A stretch of 64,000 nucleotides of DNA from Nannocystis bainbridge (GTDB taxonomy: Bacteria > Myxococcota_A > Polyangia > Nannocystales > Nannocystaceae), in assembly GCF_028368995.1 (NCBI RefSeq), contig NZ_JAQNDL010000001.1, forward strand, positions 1,696,001 to 1,760,000. The letters run 5' to 3'. A model generated the notes under the pieces. The model saw only the letters and a list, made by a program, of their open reading frames with translations, searched no databases and was not told the origin of the DNA. The stretch's first letter is position 1. Each line of letters starts with the position of its first letter. This document shows, in pieces, positions 1-9,253 of the stretch. A program made the translations under genes and the position numbers.

Positions 1-1794
1 TTCATGCTGCAGCGGATCGAGCGGCGGCTGTTCACGCCGATGGCGTTCACGGTCAGCACGGCGCTGCTCGGCTCGCTGCTGCTGTGCCTGACGCTGACGC
101 CGGTGCTCGCCAGCTACCTGTTCCGCCGCCGGGTCCGGATCCGCGACAGCCGGGTGATGAAGGCCAGCGCCCGCGCCTACGAGCGGTGGATCGGCCGGCT
201 CGTCCGCCGCGCGCGGCTGGTGGTGATCGTGGCGGCGCTGGCGACGGTGGCGGCGCTGGTGGTCCTCGGGCGCCGCGTCGGCACCGAGTTCCTGCCGCAG
301 CTCGACGAGGGCTCGATCTGGATCCGCTGCAACTTGCCGCCCGGGCTGTCGCTGTTCAAGTCGGCCGAGGTCGCGTCGACGATCCGCGCGCTGGTGCTGC
401 AGTCGCCCGAGGTGCGGCTCGTCAGCTCGCAGACCGGCCGCAACGACTCCGGGACCGACCCGTACGGGCCCAACCGCAACGAGCTCCTGGTCGCGCTGCA
501 ACCTTATGACACATGGCCTAAAGGACAGATCAAGGCCGACCTGGTCGAGGCGCTGGCGGCCCGGCTGCGCGCGGCGATCCCCGGCGCGACGTTCAGCTTC
601 ACCCAGCCGATCCTCGACAACGCGACGGAGGCGGCGACCGGCTCGTCGGCCGACCTGGCGATCATCATCCGCGGCCCGGACCTCGGCGAGCTGCGTCGGC
701 TGGCGGTGCAGAGCCGCGAGGTGGTGGCGGGCATCCCGGGCGCGGCCGACACGGCGATCGAGCAGGAGGCGGGGCAAGAGCAGCTGCGGCTGCGGCTGCG
801 GCGGGCCGACATGGCGCGCCACGGGGTCGACGTCCGCGACGTGCAGCAGCTGGTGAGCCTGGCGATCGGCGGGCGCCCGATCGACACCGTCTACGAGGGC
901 TCGCGGCGGTTCGCGGTGGCGCTGCGGTTCATCCCGGAGGCGCGGGCCAGCGGCGACGCGATCGGCCGCCTGCTGATCACGCCGCACCGCGGGGGCCGGG
1001 TGCCGCTGGCCGAGGTCGCCGACATCGAGGTGGTCGAAGGCGCGACGATCATCGCCCGGCGCGAGAACCACCGCCAAGTCACGGTGCGCACCAACATCCG
1101 CGGGCGCGATCAGGGCAGCTTCGTGGCCGAGGCGCAGGCCAGGCTGCGGGCAGCGCTGCAGCTGCCGCCCGGGTACCAGCTCGAGTGGGGCGGGCAGTTC
1201 GAGAACCTCGAGCGCGCGCGCCGGCGCCTGGTGGTGATCCTGCCGCTGACGCTCGGCATCATCGTGTCGCTGCTGTTCTTCGCGTTCCGCTCGCTGCGCT
1301 GGGCGCTGCTGGTGCTGGCGTGCGTGCCGTTCTCGCTGCTCGGCGGGGTGTTCGCGCTGTGGCTGCGCGGGATCCACCTCAGCGTGTCGGCGGCGGTCGG
1401 GATGGTGTCGCTGTTCGGGGTGGCGGTGATGAGCGGGGTGCTGCTGGTCGAGTCGATCCGCACGGCCGAGGCGGACACGGCCGCGGAGTCGGCGGTGCGC
1501 GGGGCGACCCGGGCGCTACGGCCGCTGCTGCTGATGATCCTGGTGGCGCTGCTCGGGATGGTCCCGGCCGCTCGCGCGACCGGCATCGGCTCGGACGTGC
1601 AGCGCCCGCTGGCGACGGTGGTGGTCGGCGGGCTGCTCTCGACGCTGTTCTTGACGCTGCTGGTGCTGCCGTGTGCGGCCTCGCTGGTCCCGCGGACCAG
1701 GGCGGGGAAGCGGCAGGGTGGTGCATCGGACATGTCCCATGCGACATGTAAAGATGGACATTCCCCGTCGGACATGAGCGCTCCCGGCCCATGA
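1..1794 (+). CDS. CusA/CzcA-family heavy-metal RND efflux permease (5'-truncated by the window edge)
   Basis: Motifs LFTPMAFTV, GTEFLPQLDEGS, WGGQFEN, SVSAAVG..SLFGVAV and GIGSDVQRPLATVVVGGL are typical of HME-RND permeases. The frame is open from base 1, and the C-terminal tail runs through a palindrome array. Confidence 0.93.
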   Translation, partial: FMLQRIERRLFTPMAFTVSTALLGSLLLCLTLTPVLASYLFRRRVRIRDSRVMKASARAYERWIGRLVRRARLVVIVAALATVAALVVLGRRVGTEFLPQLDEGSIWIRCNLPPGLSLFKSAEVASTIRALVLQSPEVRLVSSQTGRNDSGTDPYGPNRNELLVALQPYDTWPKGQIKADLVEALAARLRAAIPGATFSFTQPILDNATEAATGSSADLAIIIRGPDLGELRRLAVQSREVVAGIPGAADTAIEQEAGQEQLRLRLRRADMARHGVDVRDVQQLVSLAIGGRPIDTVYEGSRRFAVALRFIPEARASGDAIGRLLITPHRGGRVPLAEVADIEVVEGATIIARRENHRQVTVRTNIRGRDQGSFVAEAQARLRAALQLPPGYQLEWGGQFENLERARRRLVVILPLTLGIIVSLLFFAFRSLRWALLVLACVPFSLLGGVFALWLRGIHLSVSAAVGMVSLFGVAVMSGVLLVESIRTAEADTAAESAVRGATRALRPLLLMILVALLGMVPAARATGIGSDVQRPLATVVVGGLLSTLFLTLLVLPCAASLVPRTRAGKRQGGASDMSHATCKDGHSPSDMSAPGP

Positions 1795-1830
1795 CATGTC
1801 CTCCACGACATGCCCGGAAAGACACCTTTG
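1728..1830. repeat. 14-bp-phased RRACATGTYY palindrome array
   Basis: CATG-type cores at 1731, 1745, 1759, 1773, then 1795, 1809, 1823. Lies between convergent gene ends. Confidence 0.85.
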
Positions 1831-1834
1831 TTCT

Positions 1835-4800
1835 TCACGGCTCCCGCGCCGCCAGCCACGCCTCTGCGCGCTGCAGCTCGCCCGCGCGCGACTTGTCGCG
1901 CCAGCCCGCGAGCGCCGCCGCGATCAGCGGGCGGGCCGCGGCCGGCACCTCGCGCGCCGCCCCTGTGAGGCCCTGCGCGCGCAGGAAGCGGGCCCGCAGC
2001 GCCGGCAAGTGGTCGGGCTCGGCGACCACCTCGTAGATCGCCAGCGCCTCACCGGCCAGCTCGGCCGTCTCCTCGAAGCGCTCGCGCGCCAGCGCCAGCC
2101 CGGCGAGCGCGACGATCGAGCCCGCGAGGATCAGGTTGTGCGGCGGCGCCAGGCGCTCGAGGTCGGCCCGCGCCTGTTGCAGGTCGGCTTCGGCCTCGTC
2201 GAGGCGCCCGAGCTTCACGCGGATCTCGCCGAGGATCACCGCGATCGCGGCGGCGTCGAGGCTGCTCTCGGCGGCAGCCAGGGCCGCGTGCATCTGCGCC
2301 AGCGGCCCTATCGCCTCGTCCGGGCGACCGATCGCGTCGAGGGCCCGGCCGCGGGCCGACAGCAGCCACTGGTATTTCGCCTGCGACGGCTCGGGCGTCG
2401 GCAAGCGAGCCAGCGCGCGCGCATACTCGGCCTCCATCCCCGCCGCGTCGCCCGCGAGCGCGAACAGCCGCACGCGCTCGCACAGCACCGCGTCGTACGT
2501 CATCGACGCCTCGGGCACCTCCGCCAGCGCCGCGTCGAGGTGCACGCGCGCCTCTGCCAGCAGCCCCTCGTCGAGCTCGACCAGCGCCATCCCGTGGCGG
2601 ATCATCCCGCGCACGTAGCCGTTGTCGAGGCTGTCGAAGCGCTGCTCGATCGACCGCATCGCCGCCAGCGCCTGCCGCGGCCGACCGAGGCGCCACAGCC
2701 CGTCGGCCAGCAGCCACGCGTGGCGCAGGTGCACCGCGTGGCGCGGCCCGAACAGCGCCTCCGAGGCCGCGGCGGCGCGGGCGTACAGCGCCACCATGTC
2801 CTCGTCGCGGTTCTGCTGGCGCGCCAGCAGCCCGAGGTTGGCGGTGGTCTCGAGGCCCTTCGGCGTGTCGCTGCGGCCGTGCCGCTCGCGCAGCGCCGCC
2901 GCCTGCTCCCAGTAGTCGCGGGTCGCCGGCAGGTCGCGGCTGGCGATCATCACCGCGCCCATGTTGTTGAGGAACTCGGCGTACAGATCGACGTCGCCCG
3001 CGACCCTGCGGTTGATCGCCGTCACCAGCGGGATCTCGGCGCGCGCCTCCTGCGGGCGGCTCAGCGGGATCGCCCGCAGATAGGCCCGCTTCGAGCTGGC
3101 CTGCGCCGCCACCGCGTCGTGCCCGGCTCCGATCGCGGCCAGCAGCGCCTCCGTGAACGCGCTCTCGGCCTCGGCGTGACGGCCCGCCTCCATCGCCAGG
3201 CTGCCGCGCTGCAGCAGCGCCTCGGCGCGCAGCGGCTCGTAGGTCAGCGCCGAGCTGTCCTTGAGGACATCTCCTACCAGCGCCTCGCCGAGCGCGTACT
3301 GGGCCGCGTCCTCGCGGACCTGCGCGCGCGCCAGGGCCTCGCGGTGGGCCTGCACGGCCACGCGCAGGTGCGGCTCGTCGGGCGGCGGGACCGCGGCGGT
3401 GAGCGCCTCGACATCGGCGCAGCGGGCCAGCGGCGGCAGCTCGGCGGTCGCCTGGACCACCGCCCCGACCCCGGCCGCGTCGACCTGCGTGAGCGCGAGC
3501 ACCAGCGCGTCGAGGCCGGCGCGCCGCTGGTCGAGGCACGCGGTGCGGAGGTCGAACAGCGGCGACGACTGCCGCGCCTCCACGTGGGCCACGCACGCCT
3601 CGTTGCGCATCTCGACCCATGAAGCCGCGTATCGATCGATCCGCCCCGGCACGCTCGCCAGCGCCTCCGTGGCCGCGGCCGTGCCCGCCTTCGTCAGCGC
3701 CGCGCGGACCGCCGCCGCGCGGGCCGGGTCCCATACGCCTGCCAGCTCGGCCTGCGCGTCGGGGCAGCGGGCTGCCTCCGGCCCGCGCTCCGCGGCGAAG
3801 AACGCCGCCGTCGCGGTCGCCACCGCCGTCAAGCCGAGCACCGCGAGGCGCCGGCGCGTCGCCCCCGGATCGTGCTCGAGCTCGGCCAGCAGCGCCGTCA
3901 TCGACGGGAAGCGCTCGTCTGGCGCGCTCGCCAGCCCGCGGCGCAGCGCCCGGAAGATCCGCGCCGGCACCGGCGTGCCCGCGGGCGGCGGCGCCACCTT
4001 GCCGCGCCGCAGCTCGGCCAGCAGCGTCGCCAGCGACGTCGTATCGAACGCCGGCTGCTTGTAGAGGCATTGATACAGCGACACGCAGAAGCTGAACTGA
4101 TCGCTGGCCGCCGTCGAGGGCTCGCCGCGGTGGGCCTCGGGCGACATATACGCCGGCGTGCCGAGGACCACCCCGGTGCGCGTCAGCGGGGCCAGGTGCG
4201 ACGCGGCCTGCTGGATGTGACGCGGCAGATCGGGCTCGGCCGGCGCCCCGTCGTCGGCCGCGCGGGCCAGCCCGAAGTCGAGCACCTTGACCGTACCGTC
4301 GTCGCCGACCATCACGTTGGCCGGCTTGAAGTCGCGGTGGATGAGGCCCGCGCGGTGGGCCGCCTCGAGCCCGCGGCCGGCGCGGACGAACACCGCCACG
4401 ATCTCGCGCCACGGCCGGTCCTGCTGGGCCCACGCGTCGAGCGACGCGCCGCGGACGAACTCCATCGCCACGAACACCTGATCGTCGTCGCGCCCGACCT
4501 CGTGGACCGTGACGATGTTGGGGTGCTGCAGCCGGGCCATCGCCTGCGCCTCGCGCATCAGTCGCCCGCGCGACAGCGAAAGGTCGCGCACCGACTCGGA
4601 GAGCAGCAGCTTGACCGCGACCTTGCGGTCGAGCAGGTCGTCGTAGGCCGCGTAGACCACCCCCATCCCGCCGCGCCCGATCACCCCCAGGATCTGGAAC
4701 CGCCCGATCTGCACCGGCGTCGTCCGGCGCGGGAACAGGGCCCGCTTGACCAGACGCTTGTCGAGCCCGACCTCGTCTGCCTCCGGCGTCGGCAGCCGCG

Positions 4801-4921
4801 GGATCGTGTCGCTATCGCCGCGGACGGACGGTTCGGACGGCTCTCCGCCCTCGTCCGTGCCTCCGTTGGTCTCGTCGGGCGTCATGGCCGGTGCGGACAG
4901 TGTGTCTGAATTCATGGCCAT
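1835..4921 (-). CDS. Hanks-type Ser/Thr protein kinase with TM segment and C-terminal TPR-like region
   Basis: GRGGMGVVY, VAVK, HRDFKPAN, DFG and GTPAYMSPE motifs, followed by a hydrophobic segment and helical repeats. Confidence 0.93.
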   Translation of the reverse strand: MAMNSDTLSAPAMTPDETNGGTDEGGEPSEPSVRGDSDTIPRLPTPEADEVGLDKRLVKRALFPRRTTPVQIGRFQILGVIGRGGMGVVYAAYDDLLDRKVAVKLLLSESVRDLSLSRGRLMREAQAMARLQHPNIVTVHEVGRDDDQVFVAMEFVRGASLDAWAQQDRPWREIVAVFVRAGRGLEAAHRAGLIHRDFKPANVMVGDDGTVKVLDFGLARAADDGAPAEPDLPRHIQQAASHLAPLTRTGVVLGTPAYMSPEAHRGEPSTAASDQFSFCVSLYQCLYKQPAFDTTSLATLLAELRRGKVAPPPAGTPVPARIFRALRRGLASAPDERFPSMTALLAELEHDPGATRRRLAVLGLTAVATATAAFFAAERGPEAARCPDAQAELAGVWDPARAAAVRAALTKAGTAAATEALASVPGRIDRYAASWVEMRNEACVAHVEARQSSPLFDLRTACLDQRRAGLDALVLALTQVDAAGVGAVVQATAELPPLARCADVEALTAAVPPPDEPHLRVAVQAHREALARAQVREDAAQYALGEALVGDVLKDSSALTYEPLRAEALLQRGSLAMEAGRHAEAESAFTEALLAAIGAGHDAVAAQASSKRAYLRAIPLSRPQEARAEIPLVTAINRRVAGDVDLYAEFLNNMGAVMIASRDLPATRDYWEQAAALRERHGRSDTPKGLETTANLGLLARQQNRDEDMVALYARAAAASEALFGPRHAVHLRHAWLLADGLWRLGRPRQALAAMRSIEQRFDSLDNGYVRGMIRHGMALVELDEGLLAEARVHLDAALAEVPEASMTYDAVLCERVRLFALAGDAAGMEAEYARALARLPTPEPSQAKYQWLLSARGRALDAIGRPDEAIGPLAQMHAALAAAESSLDAAAIAVILGEIRVKLGRLDEAEADLQQARADLERLAPPHNLILAGSIVALAGLALARERFEETAELAGEALAIYEVVAEPDHLPALRARFLRAQGLTGAAREVPAAARPLIAAALAGWRDKSRAGELQRAEAWLAAREP

Positions 4922-5141
4922 CGGGCGGACGCCCCGTCATCCCGCTTCGAGCATTCAGGTCACGCGCGCCGTCGGACCTCGCGGTCGCCGCCGGAGACGC
5001 CGCTCACGACGGAGACTTCCCGCTGCGGAGCGCTCGAACGGGCCCTGGAGGCCTATTTGCGCCGCCGCGACGGAAAGTTCCGGAGGCGGGCAATTGAAGC
5101 CGACACGGCGGTCACCTGCCGGATGTAGTTCGGGCACTACC

Positions 5142-6239
5142 ATGCACAAGACGACCCACAACCTCTTCCTCCTGGCTTCCACCCTTACCCTCGCCGTCGG
5201 TTGCGACGCGCCGCTCGCCGACGATTTCGCCGTCGGCTCCGAGTTCCGCTGCGTCGGCTCCGATTGCACCCCGCCGCCGGTCGGCAACACCTCCATGGTC
5301 GGCGACCACATGCTGTCGAACATCAAGGAGATCATCAACGGCGACGCCGCCAACTTCACCGCCGACATCCGGGTCACCGGCGGCTTCGGCCTCCACGACG
5401 AAATCCCGCGGGCGTTCACGGACTTCCTCGTCAAAGAGGACGGCCAGCTCCAGCTCGATCTCGGCTACTTCGGCATGCTCACCGGTGAAGCCGTCGAGGG
5501 CGCCGTGTTCGACCTCCTCGTCACCCCGTATGACCCGCTGGAGGCGCCGTTCACCGGCCAGCTGAGGATCGAAGACGTCGAGTGCGAGCCGGGCCTCTAC
5601 ATCTCGAGCGTGAGCATCTGCCGCTACGTGTTCGTCACCGACGTCGAGCCCAAGGACGACGAGCTCTACCCCGAGACCTCGAAGGGCTCCGGCTGGTACC
5701 ACGTCTGCCCCGACGACGACGACGGCGGCCTGCTCGCCGCCAACTACCGCTTCAGCTCCGTGCTGAGCCCCGAGGTCACCCTGGGCTACAGCCCCGCCGC
5801 CGGCCCGACGATCGACTTGGACAGCGGCTACTTCATCAACGGCTGCCTCAACGGCGCGGTGTCGAAGGGCCAGTACCGCCTCAACGCCTTCTACGACGCC
5901 AGCACCTACCGCGGCCTGAAGGCCAGCCAGCGCACCGCCATGCTGCGCATGTGGATGGCCTGGCACGACGACGCGCCGCGCACCGAGCCCGGCAACCTGA
6001 TCTCGCCGCACGACCCGCTCGGCGGCCTGTTCACCTGGACCTCCGCCTCGGGCTGGAACATCGAAGGCGGCTACGACGAGGACGGCGCCAGCTGCCGCGG
6101 CGGCTCGACCACCCACGGCAAGCACCGCGAGGTCGTCAACCCCGTGCTCAACCTGACCGGCTGGTCCTCGCTGCCCCATTGCAACACCGCCACCACGCTC
6201 GCCGCCAAGGCGGTGCTCGGCGTCAAGGTCAACAACTGA
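5142..6239 (+). CDS. Secreted lipoprotein with a divergent ADYC-like C-terminal domain
   Basis: Lipobox LAVGC after MHKTTHNLFLLASTLTL. The C-terminal FINGCLNGAVSK...RTAMLRMW...T.PGNLI..HD...IEGGYDEDGASC follows the ADYC-domain pattern. ATG 5142 preferred over the ORF-track start at 4746. Confidence 0.7.
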   Translation: MHKTTHNLFLLASTLTLAVGCDAPLADDFAVGSEFRCVGSDCTPPPVGNTSMVGDHMLSNIKEIINGDAANFTADIRVTGGFGLHDEIPRAFTDFLVKEDGQLQLDLGYFGMLTGEAVEGAVFDLLVTPYDPLEAPFTGQLRIEDVECEPGLYISSVSICRYVFVTDVEPKDDELYPETSKGSGWYHVCPDDDDGGLLAANYRFSSVLSPEVTLGYSPAAGPTIDLDSGYFINGCLNGAVSKGQYRLNAFYDASTYRGLKASQRTAMLRMWMAWHDDAPRTEPGNLISPHDPLGGLFTWTSASGWNIEGGYDEDGASCRGGSTTHGKHREVVNPVLNLTGWSSLPHCNTATTLAAKAVLGVKVNN

Positions 6240-6302
6240 GACGCGCGGCGACGGACCGCGCGCGGGCGGCCGCGCGCGGGCGGCCGTGTTAGCATCGAAC
6301 GC

Positions 6303-7547
6303 ATGTCGGCCCGCGAGCTCGCCCTCGCCTGCGCGCTCGCGGGCGCCTGCGCCCCGCATCAACCTGTCCCCGAGGACATCCAGGAGCCGCCGCCGCGCGA
6401 GGTCCCACCTGTCCCCAGGGACAGCGACCACTCGCAGCGCCCGCTCCGGCTGGCCGCCGTGTTCGCCGGTCCGCTGGGCGTGAGCCCGCTGGCCGGCGGC
6501 GCCGTCGCGGTCCACGGCCCCGGCGTGCTCGCGCTCGCCGAGGACCACGCCCCGCTCGCCAGCGAGACCCGCCTGCTGCGCGGCTGGCCGCGCGGGCCCG
6601 TGACGTACATCGGCGGCCGCTGGCCCGATCGCGCGTTCGTCGTCGCCCCGAGCGCCACCCGCCGCGACCTCGGGGCCGCGGTCCAGCGCTGGCACGATGG
6701 CGCGTGGGTCGGCGCACCACCGACCTTCGAGCCGCCGCAATTTTACAGCGCCTTCGCGATCGGTCACGACGGCGCGCTCCTCGGTCTGCGCGGGTCCCTC
6801 GAATCGTTGTTCGGCGACGCCCTCGGACCCCCCGCCCCGCTCGTGATCGATCGCCTCGACGACGGCCCCCCGCCGCCGTGGCCACCCTTGCCGCCGGGCC
6901 GCGGCGGCGAGCAACTCCTGACCTTCGCCGACGGCTCGGTCGTCGTCGTCGGCTTCGATCCCTCGTTCACCCTCGCGCTGCTCCGCTGGTCGCCGGGCGC
7001 CCCCGAATGGACCCGCCTGCCGCTCCCCGGACACGGCGCCCTCGACCTCACGCGCAGCCCGACGATCGTGGTCGGCCGCGACCCGTCCCTGCTCTACGCC
7101 CACCGCTGCCTGCCGGACGGCCGGCCTGCGCTCGAGCGCCTGTCGGGAGCGACCTGGCAGCCGTTCCCGCGCCCGGACGGCGGCTGCATCACCTCGCTGG
7201 CCGAGGCGCCCGACGGCACGCTGTGGCTCGTCGACGATCGCGGCCTGCACCGCCACCGCCCCGGCGCGCTGCAGTGGGAGGCGATCGCGCTCGCGCCGGT
7301 CGACGCGCCCGGCAAGCCGACCGCCGCGCTGCCTGGAGGCCCCGAGCTGCCGCCGCCAGGCCCCGAGCCGCTGACCCCCCGACACGTGCTGGCGCTCGAT
7401 CGCGGCGAGGTGTGGGTGGTCGCGGCGATCGGCGATCCCGACCTGCGACCCGCCCGCCACGCCGTGCTGACGACCCGCTCGGTGCTCCTGCCTTTGAACC
7501 TGAAGCCCCCGTCCGAAGGGACAGGCCAACCATCGAGCCCGCCGTGA
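6303..7547 (+). CDS. Hypothetical lipoprotein, probably beta-propeller-like
   Basis: Lipobox LAGAC, Trp-spaced beta-strand segments (ITSLAEAPDGTLWL) and GC3-rich codons. Confidence 0.7.
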   Translation: MSARELALACALAGACAPHQPVPEDIQEPPPREVPPVPRDSDHSQRPLRLAAVFAGPLGVSPLAGGAVAVHGPGVLALAEDHAPLASETRLLRGWPRGPVTYIGGRWPDRAFVVAPSATRRDLGAAVQRWHDGAWVGAPPTFEPPQFYSAFAIGHDGALLGLRGSLESLFGDALGPPAPLVIDRLDDGPPPPWPPLPPGRGGEQLLTFADGSVVVVGFDPSFTLALLRWSPGAPEWTRLPLPGHGALDLTRSPTIVVGRDPSLLYAHRCLPDGRPALERLSGATWQPFPRPDGGCITSLAEAPDGTLWLVDDRGLHRHRPGALQWEAIALAPVDAPGKPTAALPGGPELPPPGPEPLTPRHVLALDRGEVWVVAAIGDPDLRPARHAVLTTRSVLLPLNLKPPSEGTGQPSSPP

Positions 7548-7561
7548 CCGGCCCGGCGTAA

Positions 7562-7597
7562 AGACATGTCCCATGGACATGTCTTATGAATCACGGC
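7562..7597. repeat. Short RRACATGTYY array
   Basis: AGACATGTCC and GGACATGTCT with cores at 7565 and 7578, plus a degenerate core at 7592. Confidence 0.7.
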
Positions 7598-7847
7598 GGG
7601 CATATTTGTTCGTCAAAAATCGACACACCGTGATCCGAGCGTCGCGCGAATATCGAACAACCCGCGCCGGCATCGCTGCTTTCGGCGTCGCGCCCACCGA
7701 TTGTATCGCGTCCGTCACGCCCCCGCCGCTCGCGCCGCTCGGGCCCCCCGCAGCGCCCCGACCACGGCCGGGGAGGCCGCGCGCGAGGAGTTGTGCTGCC
7801 TCGCACGCGGAAGAGCGCGCCTGCTTGCCGGGTCGACGGCCTCTCCC

Positions 7848-8447
7848 ATGAAGCTGAATATGCTCCATCCGCACATTCTCGCCGCCGCGCTCGCCTTCCC
7901 CTACCCGGCGACGGCGCCCGACGCGGAGCCACCCTTCGCGGCCATTGCACCGACCACGATCCACATCGTCACCAATCCGGGCGAGGGCATCGACCTCGAG
8001 CTCTCCTATGATTGGCCGGACCTCGGCCGCGTCGGCCTCGAAGTCTTCGCCGGGGTCGACGGCACCGGCGCCCTGCTCGTCCTTCTTGACGAGGCGATGA
8101 TCGCCGCGATCGATCTCCACCGCGGCGAGCTCGCCGGCATCCATCCCGGCCTCGCCCTCGACCACGCCGACGTTCTCGCCCTCGCGGACAGCATCGTCCA
8201 GGTCGCGCACAGCCAGCCCGTCCAGGAGCTGCTCCTCGGCGACGAGCGCGGGTGGGGCTGCTGGCTCGCGGGCAAGATGGCAGGCGCCGCCGCTGGCGTC
8301 CTCGCCGCGGGCACCTGCGCCGCGGTCGCCGGCCCGCTCGCACCCGGCTGCGTCGCCCCCGGCAGCCTGAGCTTCAAGGGCGTCGATCAATACATCGTCG
8401 GCAAGTGCAACAAGGCGCAGAACGTCAGCCGGGAGCACCATGTCTGA
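7848..8447 (+). CDS. Hypothetical exported protein with a Gly/Ala-rich, 4-Cys C-terminal peptide (bacteriocin-precursor-like)
   Basis: ATG 7848. The C-terminus reads GWGCWLAGKMAGAAAGVLAAGTC...GC...KC and overlaps the next gene by 8 bp. Confidence 0.65.
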   Translation: MKLNMLHPHILAAALAFPYPATAPDAEPPFAAIAPTTIHIVTNPGEGIDLELSYDWPDLGRVGLEVFAGVDGTGALLVLLDEAMIAAIDLHRGELAGIHPGLALDHADVLALADSIVQVAHSQPVQELLLGDERGWGCWLAGKMAGAAAGVLAAGTCAAVAGPLAPGCVAPGSLSFKGVDQYIVGKCNKAQNVSREHHV

Positions 8448-9033
8448 CCTCGCCATTGTCGATACCAAACCGCTGCCGCCGCAGCGGTGGGGATTGTTGC
8501 CGACCCGACAATTCTGGGCCCGCGCTTGGCTCACCCCGATCGCCCTGGTCTACTGGCTCGGCTACATCGGCTTCTTCAGCCTCGCCGAGTCCCTGCAATC
8601 CAACTGGTGGCAGACCGCCCTCGGCGTCTGCATCTTCCACGCGCTGTGGGGCGGCCTCGTCGAGCGCCTCTATCGGCGACGCCTCGCGCGACGCGCTGCG
8701 AATCTGCTCGAAGCCACCGCCCCGGCCCCGGCCTTCCCCATGACCGGACTTCCCTCGCGGCGCGACGCCCCGGAGTTCTCGGTCGACGACTGGGAAGCCT
8801 TCGTCGCCCGCATCTTCGGCCGCGGAGCCGACGCCGTCCAAACCCTGGCCGCCGTGGGGCTGTGCCTCCTGTTCTTCTATCCCGGCTGGCCGGGCAAGCT
8901 CGTGGCCGTCGCCGCGATGCTCGCCTCGACGTGGATCGCCAGGACCTGCCTGCGGCGCTGGCGTCGCGAGGCCCTGCACGGCCCACGCCCCGCCATCGAC
9001 CCGCCCCGCGTCGAATGCCGGGCACGCCACTGA
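8440..9033 (+). CDS. Integral membrane protein with about 4 TM segments
   Basis: GGGAG RBS at 8431, start overlapping the upstream stop, and four hydrophobic Trp-rich stretches. Confidence 0.72.
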   Translation: MSDLAIVDTKPLPPQRWGLLPTRQFWARAWLTPIALVYWLGYIGFFSLAESLQSNWWQTALGVCIFHALWGGLVERLYRRRLARRAANLLEATAPAPAFPMTGLPSRRDAPEFSVDDWEAFVARIFGRGADAVQTLAAVGLCLLFFYPGWPGKLVAVAAMLASTWIARTCLRRWRREALHGPRPAIDPPRVECRARH

Positions 9034-9253
9034 CGACATTTTTTATTAAACGAATACCCGACGACTCGCATACGGCCCAGGGAATCATAGCAGCGACCTC
9101 CTCGTCGCTCGGCCCCACGGTCGTCGCGGAGCGCATGCGACCGGGTTATGGCCGCTCGATCGCTCCGGCTAAAAACCCGATCAATTCGCGGCCGAGCACG
9201 CTCGCCGGGTTACGAGCGCCCGCCATGCTTCGCGGCCCGAGTCGGAGGCTGTC

